DNA of 64,000 bases from Podarcis gaigeae. Lineage: Eukaryota. Positions 1-62,356 of this stretch are shown piece by piece. Numbering within the stretch: position 1 is the stretch's first letter; each line of letters starts with the position of its first letter. Below the pieces are notes generated by a model. That model was not told where the DNA came from. It did not search any database and saw only the letters and a program-made list of their open reading frames with translations. The stretch is taken from the NCBI GenBank assembly GCA_964106915.2, contig OZ066919.1; one strand, 5' to 3'. A program made the translations under genes and the position numbers.

Positions 1-120
1 GCCCCAGCCACTCTGGGCTTCCAGCATTTATAAAAACATAATAAAGCATTAAACATTAAAAAAAAAAAATCCTATGAAGGGCTGCCTTCAGATGGTTGTA
101 CTGTATCTTATTTTATTGGC
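1..120 (-). mobile_element. L2-like LINE 3' fragment (cut by window edge)
   Basis: gccccagccactctgggc...agggctgccttcagatg resembles a common lizard L2 3' UTR. Confidence 0.45.
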
Positions 121-138
121 TCAGGGGTCACATAACTC

Positions 139-245
139 CATACCCTCCAAAATTTCTCCAATGAAAATAGAGACATCCTAAAGAAAAGCAGGACATTCTG
201 GGATCAAATCAGAAACCGGGACAGCTTCTGTAAATCTAGGACTGT
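139..245 (+). mobile_element. non-autonomous DNA-transposon-like repeat; second copy at 62020-62166
   Basis: atttctccaatgaaaatag...ggatcaaatcagaaacc...ttctgtaaat occurs twice. The end here (cataccctccaa) is complementary to the end of the second copy (ttggagggt). Confidence 0.65.
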
Positions 246-755
246 CAGAGGATCTGCATTAAAGGTGTTGCCTAAATCCTACTACGATGACTCTGAAAAA
301 CAGCCATCGTCCCCCAGTTCTGCTCTTGTAATGTGAAACTCCAGGCAATGAGGAAGAAATATTGCCTCAGTGTGAGTCCTGTTAAATGCCGTTTGCTCAG
401 GCCATGGCTTGAAGCGAAAACAGGCATCCATTTTCCTAGCAAATGAGACTAAGTGGCAGAATTCATTAATAATTTATACGCTTAGCCCATCGATTTTGAC
501 TCTCGTCTCCAGCAGGTTGTCCCATATTGCGTGTCAGGAAGCATCAGCTTTGCCCCTTAAGGTACATGCATGCCTGTAATTTGTCTCCTGCATTGTTTCT
601 CTAAAAAGAAAATCGTGGGGTTTTTTTTAAAAAAAAATAATTACTCAGGATAATCTACATGGCAAATAAAACAAAGCAGAGAGCAAATCCGGTGAGATGA
701 GTTCTTTCTCTGTAACAGAAGCCATACAGAAAAAAAATGTTAATTTATTATCTCT

Positions 756-870
756 GGGATAGCTCAGTCAGTAGATCATGAGGGCTGGGCTAAATCTCAG
801 GGTTGCAGGTTCGAGCCCCAGATGGGCAAAAGATTCCTGCATTGCAGGGGCTGAACCAGATGACCCTCTC
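756..870 (+). mobile_element. tRNA-derived SINE with CR1-type 3' tail
   Basis: A-box tagctcagt, B-box ggttcgagccc, then cctgcattgcagggg...agatgaccct. Confidence 0.7.
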
Positions 871-1044
871 AGAGGTACCTAAATCACCGAGGATGTACTT
901 TGACTATGATTATGAAGTACAAGGAAAGCAGAATTGGCAAAAGGAATTTTTCTGGGGAAGATGCAGCAAAGCAGGAAGGGGAATCCCAGCCCATTCATAT
1001 ACAATTCTCAGTCTCCAGTTTAAGTAATAAAATATATGGCTCAT

Positions 1045-1395
1045 AAAGGTAAAGGGACCCCTGACCATGAGATCCAGTCGTGGCCGACTCTGAGGTTACG
1101 GAGCTCATCTCGCTTTACTGGCCGAGGGAGCCGGCGTACAGCTTCCCGGTCATGTGGCCAGCATGACTAAGCCACTTCTGGCGAACCAGAGCAGCGCACG
1201 GAAACGCTGTTTACCTTCCCGCTGGAGCGGTACCTATTTATCTATTTGCACTTTGACGTGCTTTCGAACTTCTAGGTTGGCAGGAGCAGGGACCTAGCAA
1301 CGGGAGCTCACCCCATCGGGGGGATTCGAACTGCCGACCTTCTGATTGGCAAGTCCTAGGCTCTGTGGTTTAACCCACAGCGCCACCCACGTCCC
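1045..1395 (-). mobile_element. Sauria SINE (full length)
   Basis: tRNA-like head with B-box (GGTTCGAATCC-like on the minus strand) and (ACCTTT)n tail. TSD atatg(g/a)ctcataa. One of 8 near-full-length copies in the window. Confidence 0.92.
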
Positions 1396-1557
1396 TTATA
1401 TGACTCATAATATCCCATTAATAGATTAAATAATACCCCCCCCCCGCAAGAAGCTGAGGTTGCAATCTAATGGACACTTACTTAGGAAACAACCCCCATT
1501 GTAGTCAGTAGCACTTACTTTAGATCTAAGCATGCTTAAATCATGCTACCATTTTAA

Positions 1558-1930
1558 GAACCACAGAATTGTAGAGTTGGAAGCGACCACGAGGGTCATC
1601 TAGTCCAACCCCCTGCAATGCAGGAATTTTTTGCCCAACATGGGGCTCGAATGGGGGGAGGGGGCAAGGCGCACTGGGCACCACACTGCAGAGGTGGCAC
1701 TTACCGTGGGGCCTGCAGTGTTCCCAAGCCCCACATCTCGCCTGGGAGTGACGTGGTGGCTCGGGCACCGGCTGCCGCCACGCTGCCCGAAAAAGCAACA
1801 TGGACCTGCAGACCACCAGAGCGCAATGCGGCTCAGGCACTGGGATTCCGGCGTGCCCTGCCCCGCCTCACCCCAGGCACCTAAGCAGCTAGCTAAGCTG
1901 CTCCCTCGAACCCACAACCCTGAAATTAAG
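1558..1930 (-). mobile_element. tRNA-derived SINE with CR1-type tail, interrupted by a ~250-bp GC-rich insert
   Basis: Tail agaattgtagagttggaa..ctagtccaaccccctgcaatgcaggaat. The B-box is split by an insert (1652-1904) with ctcgaa repeated on both sides. Confidence 0.7.
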
Positions 1931-3199
1931 CCACAGTCAGCACAGTGGGAATCGTTTCTGAATTAACATGTCTAAGATCAGACTGTAAGAAATTCCAAAG
2001 AAAGCCTGTCGAAATAAGCCAACAATTACGAGCTCTCGAGGGAATGGCTGGATACTTCTCTGGGGGGTTACTTAGAGTGAGTCATTATTTGGAAGAGAGC
2101 TCCCAAGGATTTGATGCCAAAGTGTTAAGAACAATCAGTTTTCGCCTGTGCAAGTGCCCTTTGCTTGTCTCTCTAATATTCCATTAATTTCCTTAAACAC
2201 ATATTTTAAAAAAGGAACGTTTTAATGTACTTTACACTGCTTGGCTTAAGTAGAAGTGAACTGTAAACTATCTAATTAGACTGGCCTAGGAGCAAATTAT
2301 GCTACATGCAAATGCATATAATGAAGCCCCAAGTTTTCATTTTCTTTCAGTACTGTAATTAAAACCCTCTCTAAATACTGGTGGAACAGAAAGCATTTTT
2401 TTCTGCTTAAAAAATGCCCCCGGTTGCTTTTCCCTCTGAAAGGTACCAGATTTAAGAAGTCAGTGAATTTTAAATACTTCTGCAAGAGTTTAACCAAAGA
2501 ACTCCAACCAGCATATCTGGCTACCAAAGGAAACAGAATGTTCACATACAGTCTTCAGTTTTGCTTCCCCATATCTAGTCTCCCTCAACTGATTTCTCAG
2601 TCAATTTTCTAATAAAATATGAAAACCAATAATTGGTCTAAAAGAATATATATCTTATCCTTCCAACGTTATAGGATAAGAAGAACCTGTACTCCTGGTG
2701 TTTTCACAAAGCAGGTTTGTTTTCAGCTGAGAATTGAATTAAACTTCTCCCCATCCCTAAAACCCAGGCATATCAATTTACATCCTTTAGATACTTTTAC
2801 AGTAATACAGAAATCACTTTTCTGTGACTTCATGATATAATACAGTACTTTTTTAAAAATCAGCATAGAACAATGTGACAGGTCAGGTGGTTGAGAACTG
2901 CTTTTAAAATATTCCAGTGCCACTACTGCACTATAACATCTAATGTCTAACACCCAAGTGAACACAGGAGGGGACTATGTGCCTATTCGGAAAGTGTAAG
3001 ACGGACCTGCAATAAACTGTTGTGGAGTACAGTGCTCTTGTTCAGAATGCCTGCCAGCTTTTCCAATCTCCTCCATTCAAATGTCCCCTTCTAGTTTTCT
3101 GTCTCTCTCATCAAACATAAAGAGACAGAGACAGAGAGCATTCCATGACCACTGAGCATGCTCAGTTATCATTGTGCTTTTTGCTCCCCTCCCCTAATC

Positions 3200-3201
<2 letters not shown>

Positions 3202-3239
<38 letters not shown>
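3202..3239. repeat. (TA)n microsatellite
   Basis: Read directly. Confidence 0.95.
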
Positions 3240-3241
<2 letters not shown>

Positions 3242-3890
3242 TTTCGTAGATTTTCACGGGTACAGGAATGCAGGTTTTGGTGTCCTCGGGTGTCTTCCCG
3301 TGTAAAAGTTGGGGTGTCTAGGCGACGTTTCGACGAGGTCTCACTCGTCATCTTCAGGCTGGTGCTTTCGGCTTCTTGTTACTGGAACAGAGCGGGATCT
3401 CAATGTTTGAGTTCCTATAAATACTGTAGAGGGGGTGTGGTGTCTAGCCTCCAATGTTCTGGGCAGAGAGGAAGTTCCCAGGCTAGTGTGCCTTTTCTTC
3501 TTTTGTTCCTTAATTACTTGAGAGATACCTTGAGTGATTTCTTGAGTGATATCCTGAGTACCACTTAGGTGGGTCATTAGGTGTGGATTAGTTGCTAAAG
3601 TCTTTGTGTCTTGACCTCTTGAACTTTGTGAAGAGTTTTCCTGAGAAGATGGCTGTATTGCACTTAGTTGTGCTTTGGCTTGGCTTCGTGTATAGGGGCG
3701 AGCTGTGGTTTTGTGGCTTGTGTCAGCCAGATCTGTGTAGGGATTGCACTTTTGGAGTTTCTCAGAGTTTGCTCCCTCTTGGGCATGGATACTGCTGCAT
3801 TTGCTTTGTAAGGATCCACACTCGGAGAATGAGTTTGCTCTTAAAATACAGGAAAGAGCATTTTCAAGTTTGACACTTATGTCTTTATCC
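3239..3890 (-). mobile_element. Penelope-like element 3' end / pseudo-LTR (family A), abutting (TA)n; right boundary uncertain
   Basis: 3239-3516 is essentially identical to the arms at 40912-41436. It carries the minimal hammerhead motif CTGAAGA-T-stemII-GAAACGTC on the minus strand and ends in a (TA)n tract. Confidence 0.75.
3321..3360 (-). ncRNA. minimal type I hammerhead ribozyme motif (PLE family A)
   Basis: Minus strand reads AGC-CUGAAGA-U-GACGAG-UGAGAC-CUCGUC-GAAAC-GUC-GCC: conserved core, 6-bp stem II, palindromic ACGU stem III and a short stem I. Confidence 0.7.
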
Positions 3891-4370
3891 ATCTTCTAGA
3901 ATAGATGACAGGCAGCCTCATGGATAAACAGCACACTTCTGAAACTGGAATGGAATGCACCACCCAACCCCAAGGACAAAATATCTCTCAATTTGAGGAC
4001 AAAAGAGGAAAAAAGCAACCCTGAGACACAATAAAGGTTGCCAGGCATTGCATAATGATCATGGTACAATATTTTATAGTGGAACTGGGAAAATGTAATA
4101 AAAAACACATCAGATTAAATATTTAAAAGCCTGCCTCCTATCATACATTTCCTTCTGAGTGGTTTAGATCAGCAAAAACTGAAATTTCACAAACTATATC
4201 ATAATTTCACAAAATTCACAATCATCCAAATATTAATTTAAAGGTGATGGTATAGCAGTGTGCATCAAAATTATTTTTTGAAAGGTGTAGAAAAGGCAGT
4301 ATACTGAGGAAAGTTGCAATGAAAGTCACCTAGCTGTGAGTGCAACTAGAGGGCTACTAAACCATACTTA

Positions 4371-4630
4371 CTGTATTTTTCACTCTATAAGACGCACCAG
4401 ACCATAAGACGCACCTAGTTTTTGGAGGAGGAAAACAAGAAAAAAAAATATTCTGAATCTCAGAAGCCAGAACAGCAAGAGGGATCGCTGCGCAGTGAAA
4501 GCAGCAATCCCTCTTGCTGTTCTGGCTTCTGGGATAGCTGCGCAGCCTGCATTCGCTCCATAAGACGCACACACATTTCCCCTAACTTTTCAGGAGGAAA
4601 AAAGTGAGTCTTAAAGAGCAAAAAATACGG
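4371..4630. mobile_element. Tc1/mariner (pogo/Tigger-like) MITE
   Basis: TIRs C(T/C)GTATTTTT..CTCT(A/T)TAAGAC, TA target duplication and a long internal hairpin at 4458-4537. Confidence 0.85.
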
Positions 4631-5264
4631 TATGTTGCAGTCGAGTACCCATGGATCTCTCAACACAGTGCAGCTTAATTCTAGCTATAGAATTGCACGT
4701 ACTGTTAATTTCTAAAATTCGAAGTGTATCTGCTCAAGTTCACAAGTGTATCTACAAATCTGAGGCGCCAATCACAAATACACTATCAGTGCAATTCCAA
4801 TCATATCTCCTCAAAAGTCAGTCCTATTTATTGCACGGAGTTTTCTCTTCGGTAAATGTGATTAGGATATCAGCCTAATTGAACTTGTTTCTGGGTACTG
4901 TAGTTTGTTAAGGGTTGATAGAAATAGTAACTCTGAGGGGTAAACTACAGTGCCCATAATTCTTGGAGTAAAAGAGTGTGCTTAAAAGTTATGGTATGTA
5001 CACAACCAAAATAGAATTCCTCATAAGAATAAAACCTTGATTTCTAATATCAGATTACTAGAGAGCAAAAGGGTATAATTACTCAGCAATTTAAAAAATG
5101 TACTCTGAATGTGTTCAAAGCCACTTTTTTTACCACAATAAATAATTATCATAATCATAACAGTATTCATGTGTCTTAAAACTTTAGCAACCTTCATAGC
5201 CACAGATGTAAATCGTGACTTTCATCATTGCAAACCATACTAAACAAGAAAGGTTTAATTGCCT

Positions 5265-5850
5265 AGTTTATTTATATTTATATAAACCACCCCTCGTCCC
5301 ATAGGATCCTAAAACAGGGAACATATAATAAAATCCATATATCAACGTAAACATTTTAAAAAATCACATTTAATCAAGCAATTCAAAACCATTCAATTTG
5401 CCAACTTCCCACAAATGCTTGTGCGCACGTGTGTCTAAAGCCATTGTTTGAACAGTGTCAGTGAGGGAGACAGCTGCATCTCCATAGGCCGGGAGTTCCA
5501 CAAATGGGGGCCACAACAAGGAAGACCCTACCCCTAGCTGATTTTTTTTTTGTGGCAAGATGTTAAATAGCCTGTACACTAAAAGAAAGAAGATCTTGTT
5601 CCTTGCACCCTCAGATGAAAATAGCATCCATAGCAAGGCCTCCTCTGAAGACCAAAGTGTGTGGGCAGATTCAGATGGGCAGAAGCAGTAGCCCTCCAAC
5701 TTCCAAACTGTTCAGGCCCGGAAAAAGGGGCCTGGACAACAACCACACTTTGAAAGGAATAAATCCAAAACTGGCGAAGAATGCACAGTATTGGTATGGC
5801 ATGACTGCTGCATTTTGCATCAACTAAAAAGCTTCTGGGCACTTTTCAGA
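5265..5850 (-). mobile_element. degenerate L2 LINE 3' remnant
   Basis: (TTTA)n tail followed by L2-like 3' sequence; heavily diverged. Confidence 0.5.
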
Positions 5851-5895
5851 ACCGTTTCACCACATACTGCACATACCATGACCTAAATATGAAAG

Positions 5896-6115
5896 TTACA
5901 GATAGGTAGCCGTGTTGGTCTGCCATAGTCAAAACAAAAAAAATTCCTTCCAGTAGCACCTTAAAGACCAACTAAGTCAGTTCTTGGTATGAGCTTTCGT
6001 GTGCATGCACACTTGTGTATCTGAAGAAGTGTGCATGCACACGAAAGCTCATACCAAGAACTGATTTAGTTGGTCTTTAAGGTGCTACTGGAAGGAATTT
6101 TTTTTGTTTTGACTA
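5896..6115. mobile_element. Penelope-like (Neptune-type) inverted pseudo-LTR insertion (family B)
   Basis: ~89-bp inverted arms (5926-6014 and 6027-6115), a hammerhead motif in the right arm and a 13-bp direct repeat ctaaatatgaaag at 5883-5895 and 6113-6125. Confidence 0.8.
6017..6054 (+). ncRNA. minimal type I hammerhead ribozyme motif (PLE family B)
   Basis: GUAU-CUGAAGA-A-GUGUG-CAUG-CACAC-GAAAGC-UC-AUAC: intact core, perfect 4-bp stem I, 5-bp stem II and palindromic AGCU stem III. Confidence 0.75.
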
Positions 6116-7123
6116 AATATGAAAGGCAAACAAGAAACCTGTAACTGCAGCAAGATCCATCTTCAGAAAAAGGCCAGTTGGTGCATTTGTTGGAATCTGG
6201 AGCAAAGCTGAGTCCAAAAAACAACTGCACCCAGTGTGTCCAACAGAAATATCTCCCAAAGTGTCTTGTCTGGATTACATCTTTCTCCAACCTCCCTTTT
6301 GCCCCATATCCCCTCTCTCACTGGCTTCAACATTAACAGTATAGATATAAGGCTCAAGCACAGGATGGGTGTCCCCGGCTTCCCCACCTAGGTGCATCCC
6401 AAGCCAAGGCGAGTTTATCCATAATCCAAACTCCCACAAACTTCCATGGGTTTATCTATTCAGGAGTCGCAGCGGCGCGCGAAAGGCGCGTTAGATCCGC
6501 TCCTGAAATAAGTGCGGATTTGGGACTACTGCTGCAGCCGCTTGCAAGTGCGGGTGAAGAAGGCAAGAGCTGGGGTGGGGGGGGGAAGGCTGGTCCCTTC
6601 GGGTGAATTATTTACTCGAGGGCAAAAGGAGGTGCGTTGTGGGGAAGAAGAGTCTGAGGGGAAAAGCGGAAAGCGAGGCCGGCAGGGGGCCTCCTCCTCC
6701 GCCTCCTCCGCAAAGAGCGTAGCCCCGCCAGGCCGCCGGGCAGGCGAAGCTGGAGCCCTTGCGAGCGTGAGGAGGAACGGCTGAGGAGAAGGAGGAGGCG
6801 CTTCAGCGGCCGTCATTTCCGCCGTGTATGTGTGTGTGTGGAGTCGGGGAGGGCAGGCGGACAAGCGGAAAGAAAGGAGGCAGGACCCGGAGGAGCCCTC
6901 GCCGCCTCCGACTTAGAGGCCGCCCGGAGCCCCCTTGCTAGAGCGAGGGGGAGAGGAGCCGAAGGCCGAGCGCTGAGGGGAAAGACCGAAGCGGCGACGC
7001 CACACTCCTTCCTTCTTCGCTTCTTGCCGGCTCCACAGAAGCCGCTCGGGATTCCCGCCCTTCTCCCTCCCTCCCTTTCTTCCCCCCGCTGGACGGACGG
7101 AGCAGCCCGCCGGCCTCCCGGCC

Positions 7124-57554
<50,431 letters not shown>

Positions 57555-60490
57555 TACTTGCTGGATGATCAGAGGACATCAGGGCTTACATTGGGATCTT
57601 TGCACTCTGTTAACTCATGAGGGTGGAGCGGAGACCATCATATGTCAAAACAATTACCTAGTTACTTCATTCCACAAAGTTGACTGAGGTCTTTATTGCC
57701 ATCTTCCATGTGTGCAGTTTGCACCAACCCATATAACTAGGCACAATTAAGCAAAGCACTGTTTGTGCTGTAACACAGAATATAGACCACTTTTTCCTAA
57801 TTACTTTTTTGGTTTCTGTCGTTTTCCTTTGGTTTCTGTGTATTGTTCATTTCCCCTTCCTCTTTCTCTTTCTTCCTCTTCCCCTCCCCTTTTAAAATGA
57901 AGTAGCCTTTTACCCAAAACGCTCCGTTTTATTTTGAATAATGCATTTGTGCGAATGAAACTGAAGGTGTTCCTGGCTAGTGTGACTTAGACCGAAGTGA
58001 AAGATAAGTGTTGCTTCTAGTCTGTGCCAGCCAATCCTTCCGTATCTGTCTTGGTGTCTGAGGCTACAGTTCATAGGTTTGTATCCCCCCCCCCCCCCAG
58101 GTAGCTCAGACTAAATCTAGCCAACACCACTAGCATTTTTGAAGATCGTATTTATCGCCATACGAGTGTATGCTAATTGACTTAAAACACATCTTCCTGG
58201 AGACTGACCAAATTTAGTATCAAAATTGGACAGTTTGTGTAGGGTTCAGTAGCTAGACCCTGTGCCTTGGTTTTCTACATGCTGGCAGTCCTTCTCCCTG
58301 CCTCATTTTTTTCCCCTTTCCTAGGCAGTAGGTAAATATGCCATAAGCATTCTGTGCCATGAGAAGCACAGTCTCAATAAGCAGGAAGAATTCCATCCAG
58401 CCTGGGCTTTGGACCATATTTAACCATGCTTAAGTAGCTATTTAAATGGGGTTTTGTTTTAACACCTTAAAACCCAAAATATTTAAAAGATTTGGTCAGT
58501 ATTGTCAGAGACTTAAGACTGATTTTTTTAAAAAAGTAATGTCAAGGTTGGGGCTCCTGAAGTATTTCACATTTCAACCCTTTTTTATCAAAGGGGGGGG
58601 AAGCATCTTTTTTTTTTAAAGAAAAAGAAAAAAAAACCTTTAGGTTATGAGAATGAATGGTTTAGCGAATTGAAAAATTAGTGTTACAATATTGATGCGT
58701 TGCTAGATAAACCTGGTATTTCTGTTAGCTGTGAAGAATAAAAGAAGTAAATGCCAAGTTTTTATTCTGGTATACTATATTAGTAAATCACGGGTGGAGT
58801 GCTGCTCCAATCATGGTTCCTACCAGCGGCTCTTCATTCGCATGGAAAAGAGGCAAAAAAGTTTTCAAAGTGCCACCATCTGTGATGTGGTGTGTTCATT
58901 TCTAACTTCCTTTTTTCTTTCAGTGAAATGGAATGTACGGTCACACGGAGAATTGTTTGAGTTGTGTTAAGTTTTTATAATCTCACCAACTGACTTAAAA
59001 AAGGGTATTGCCGCCATGTGCTAGCTCCCAGCACTTTTACACGCACTTGTTTCAGTGTTTGTTAACAATCAGTGGCTCAGCACAACCTTCTTTGTGCTTT
59101 TAAATTTGTCCATATACAACTTTTTAAGTCAGGTGCTCAATGTCCCGGTGGCCTGTCCGAAGATGATGATGGCACATCAGTTATGTTTAAAATAAACTTA
59201 GGCTCATGTTTTATGATCAATTTACATGCATACGAGGATGAAGTGTTTTTATTAAACTGATCTAGATCGCTTACGTAGTCACGGTGTTCTGTAGAATGCC
59301 AGGGCAGATGAGACCATCAGCATTGCTTCCTTTTAATCTTTATGACACTCCTTTAAGAAAATAAAAGTCTCCATAGACATTTTTGCGAAATAAAATGTAC
59401 CATGCAACGTTATGTACGTCTCTTTAAGTTGTCAAGCAGTTTTGCACATATTCATCGTTAGGAGTCTGTTTGCCATCTTTGTCCACCCCCCCCCCCACCC
59501 CACCCCGTCTATGTATGTGCAAGACAAGGATACGATACTTTGCGGTAGCAAATTTTATGTAATAACTATATTGTCACATTAATAAATTAAAAGAAATTAT
59601 TTGTATGAAAAAACAATCTTTTGTATTTCATCTAGGCTGAGGACATGCTGTTGTATGCTAGCTGTATGCGATAAATTCTACAGTGACTTTGTTGTTTATG
59701 GACTTTGAAAATTTTAATAAATGCTGGAGATCACCTTTTCAATTCTGTTGTGAGTTTTAGCCAGTAGCATAATCGGATAACACACGAGACATGTGTCTTC
59801 TCTAACATAGGTAGCGAGACTTCACTCTGGCTGTCTCTTAAGGAATGCAAGGGACCGATTCCAGCATGTCCAAAAAAATCAACTCTAGGTGGACATATTT
59901 TTGAAGTACCCTCTTAATTTCTTTGATTTAAGCTTATTTAACTATTTAACATGTGTCAGAAACAAACAGTAAAAATAAATCCTAAAGCAGAATAATAGAC
60001 TGGAAATAAAAGAGGTTAGGACAAAAGATAAGGAGGAGGTCTTTTACAAAGAGTACAAACTTGGCAATATGTTACATGGCCCTGTCATTTTAAAAAACAC
60101 AAAATGAGAGCCACAAGATCATGATGCCTGTATTTAATTTCAAAAATCCTTTCCATCACTCAAATGCTGTATATTTGACAGTAGAGATTTGTTAATTTTA
60201 CACAATTTGAGGAATTTAAGTGTTGGACTGTATGGTATCTTTTAACTGTACTCTAGTTGTATGTAACTCTCATTTTCAACATAAAGGATTGTATCTCATT
60301 AAGTAAATTGCTTCTTTTATTTTCTTGTCAGCTGCATTAAAACCCTTATTTTTAAATCCTGTAAGTATTTTATTGATTTCTTTGCAAATAGTTTGCTACA
60401 ATAGTGTGCAATACAGTAAAAGTTTATATACAAAACTGCAAATTAAATTATGTACAACACTGCATTAAAGACTGTGCTGCTTTTTTCTGA
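57555..60490 (+). other. PRKACB: PRKACB 3' UTR (approximate end)
   Basis: AU-rich stretch of ~3 kb after the stop with no recognisable transposons. AATAAA occurs at 59360, 59581 and 59716 and ATTAAA at 60442 and 60464, the last followed by a U-rich tract. The end is inferred. Confidence 0.65.
60464..60469 (+). terminator. candidate distal polyadenylation signal ATTAAA
   Basis: ATTAAA preceded by TGTA elements and followed by a GU/U-rich tract (tgtgctgcttttttct). Confidence 0.5.
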
Positions 60491-62019
60491 CCCAGGAGGT
60501 TCCCATGCAATTCTGCTTTGCCACGGGACCCAGATACATGCTCTATGTAGAAGGAAGGTTTTGAAGAGCGCAAGCCCTATAATAGGCGGGTTTAGGCCTG
60601 ATTCCTCATTATATCACTAGTGATGGTAAACCACTTGAAAATCCAGTGGTGTGGTGTGTTTGGTGTCTAAGTAACTTCCCAATTCAGTTCAGTCAGTGCA
60701 ATCACCACTCTAAAAAAAAGCTTGTACTGGAATGAAAAAATGCACCTCAAATTGTGCAAGATGCTTCCTGTGAACTCTGAAATTCTCCACAGTCACAATT
60801 CTGTTTTGTTACAGAACTTCAACGCTAACAAAACACAATGAAATTTGCATCACACTTAAAGCTTGGACTGCTATGTGCATTTTTGGAAGGGAGGGCATTG
60901 GACATGGAGAGAGACCACTAATAGGCAACAACTGTAGTCCCAAAGACTATAGCAAAGTAAATTTGTGCAGTGGGCCATTTCAGGCTGTAAATTAGGCTAG
61001 ATTGTGCCCATCTTCCTGACCATAAAGTTTCTATTTGCATCTTCCTTTAAAAATGAATTCGTGTTGTTTACTTGCATGGAGTAGCATGCAGCCTCCGGTG
61101 ATAATAGTACAGACCGAGGTTTACCACTTCTGATATTTGTGAGAACTGGGTCTATGTAGACACAGAGTGGGTGGGTGTGTAGTTATGTAAAAGAAACTGG
61201 CACCTTCCAAAAGATTAGCCTTGACATATATAAAGTTGGTCACTTTAGGCTACAATCCTAACAACTGTGGGATTAAGCCCCATTGAATTCAACAGATTTT
61301 TTTTATTTATTTAAGTAGACATGTTCAGGACTGCATTTTTAGTTTCTCCCTAAGTGGAAGATACAGCTAGCATGGGGGGTAGGCCCCTCCTCTGAAGCTG
61401 GAAAAGCAGTTTGCTGATACTTTTTGCAGATGGCGAAGGGCCCTTTCTTGTCAGCCCCAGATGACATAATTGTTTTTATTGCGGACAGGTGGACACCAGC
61501 AAAGCTCTTGTAGGCAAGAGAAAGAAAGAGCAAGCAAAGACCTTTCTCAAGAGGGAGAGTGGAGTAGAGGTATTTCTTCCTCATCCTCTCAATCGCTTCT
61601 CCCTGGCACTAGGAGACAGCGAACCTCACATCACCATATGCATGTGGCCACCCAGCCATTCCAGCAATGCGTTGATACAAAGGGTGCAGTAAGCATTCTT
61701 CCTTTAGAAAGGGAGTAGAAGCAGGTACACCAGGGGGGCAGTCTTCACCTTGGATTTTGCCAGGTGGGTTAAACTACCTTTGATCACAAGCTGAATCATT
61801 GTCACTACATGTTTTTGCCACAAAGAAAGGGATTCCTAAGGAAATTTCCTGCCACAGGACAGAAGCAGGTTTTCTTCCTGTAGCTATTCCTATGGATCAG
61901 AATAGCTCTAGGAGAGAGCTGTTGAGCTACCTTCCCTCTCCTGCTCCACTACGGCCATAGAAAGCCAGACAATAATGCCCCTCAGGCCATTGTAGCTTGC
62001 AAGCTCCTAGGTACACATC

Positions 62020-62166
62020 ATTTCAACATTTCTCCAATGAAAATAGGGACGTCCTAAGGAAAAGTGGGACATTCCAGGATCAAATCAGAAACCAGGATGG
62101 CTTCTGTAAATCTCAGACTCTCCCTGGAAAATAGGGGCACTTGGAGGGTTTGAACTTGGAGGGTTA
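62020..62166 (+). mobile_element. non-autonomous DNA-transposon-like repeat (same family as 139-245)
   Basis: Direct sequence similarity to 139-245. Confidence 0.65.
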
Positions 62167-62356
62167 TGACCACTTTCAAAGGAATAGGTCCCATTGAACA
62201 CAGGTATTTACATCTAAGGAAGTATGCACAAGACTGGAGTGTGACAGTGCTTCAATTTTAAGTTAGAAGTATCAGTGTGTTCATGATCCTGGCCTTGTCC
62301 CTCAATCCTATGCAAACTTGCTTGGCAAGGAACTTACACTGAGGTCACTAGGGCTT

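Noticed and set aside
756-830. tRNA genes suggested by A/B boxes here and in the Sauria SINE heads
   Set aside because: These are SINE heads that continue into LINE-derived tails and do not form a complete cloverleaf.
3341-3892. 183-aa minus-strand ORF as a host gene
   Set aside because: It lies largely in the Penelope-like repeat and has no recognisable domain or splice structure.
1-6400. Exons of neighbouring genes (TTLL7 upstream, SAMD13 downstream in mammals)
   Set aside because: No recognisable coding exon was seen at either end of the window; synteny alone is not evidence.
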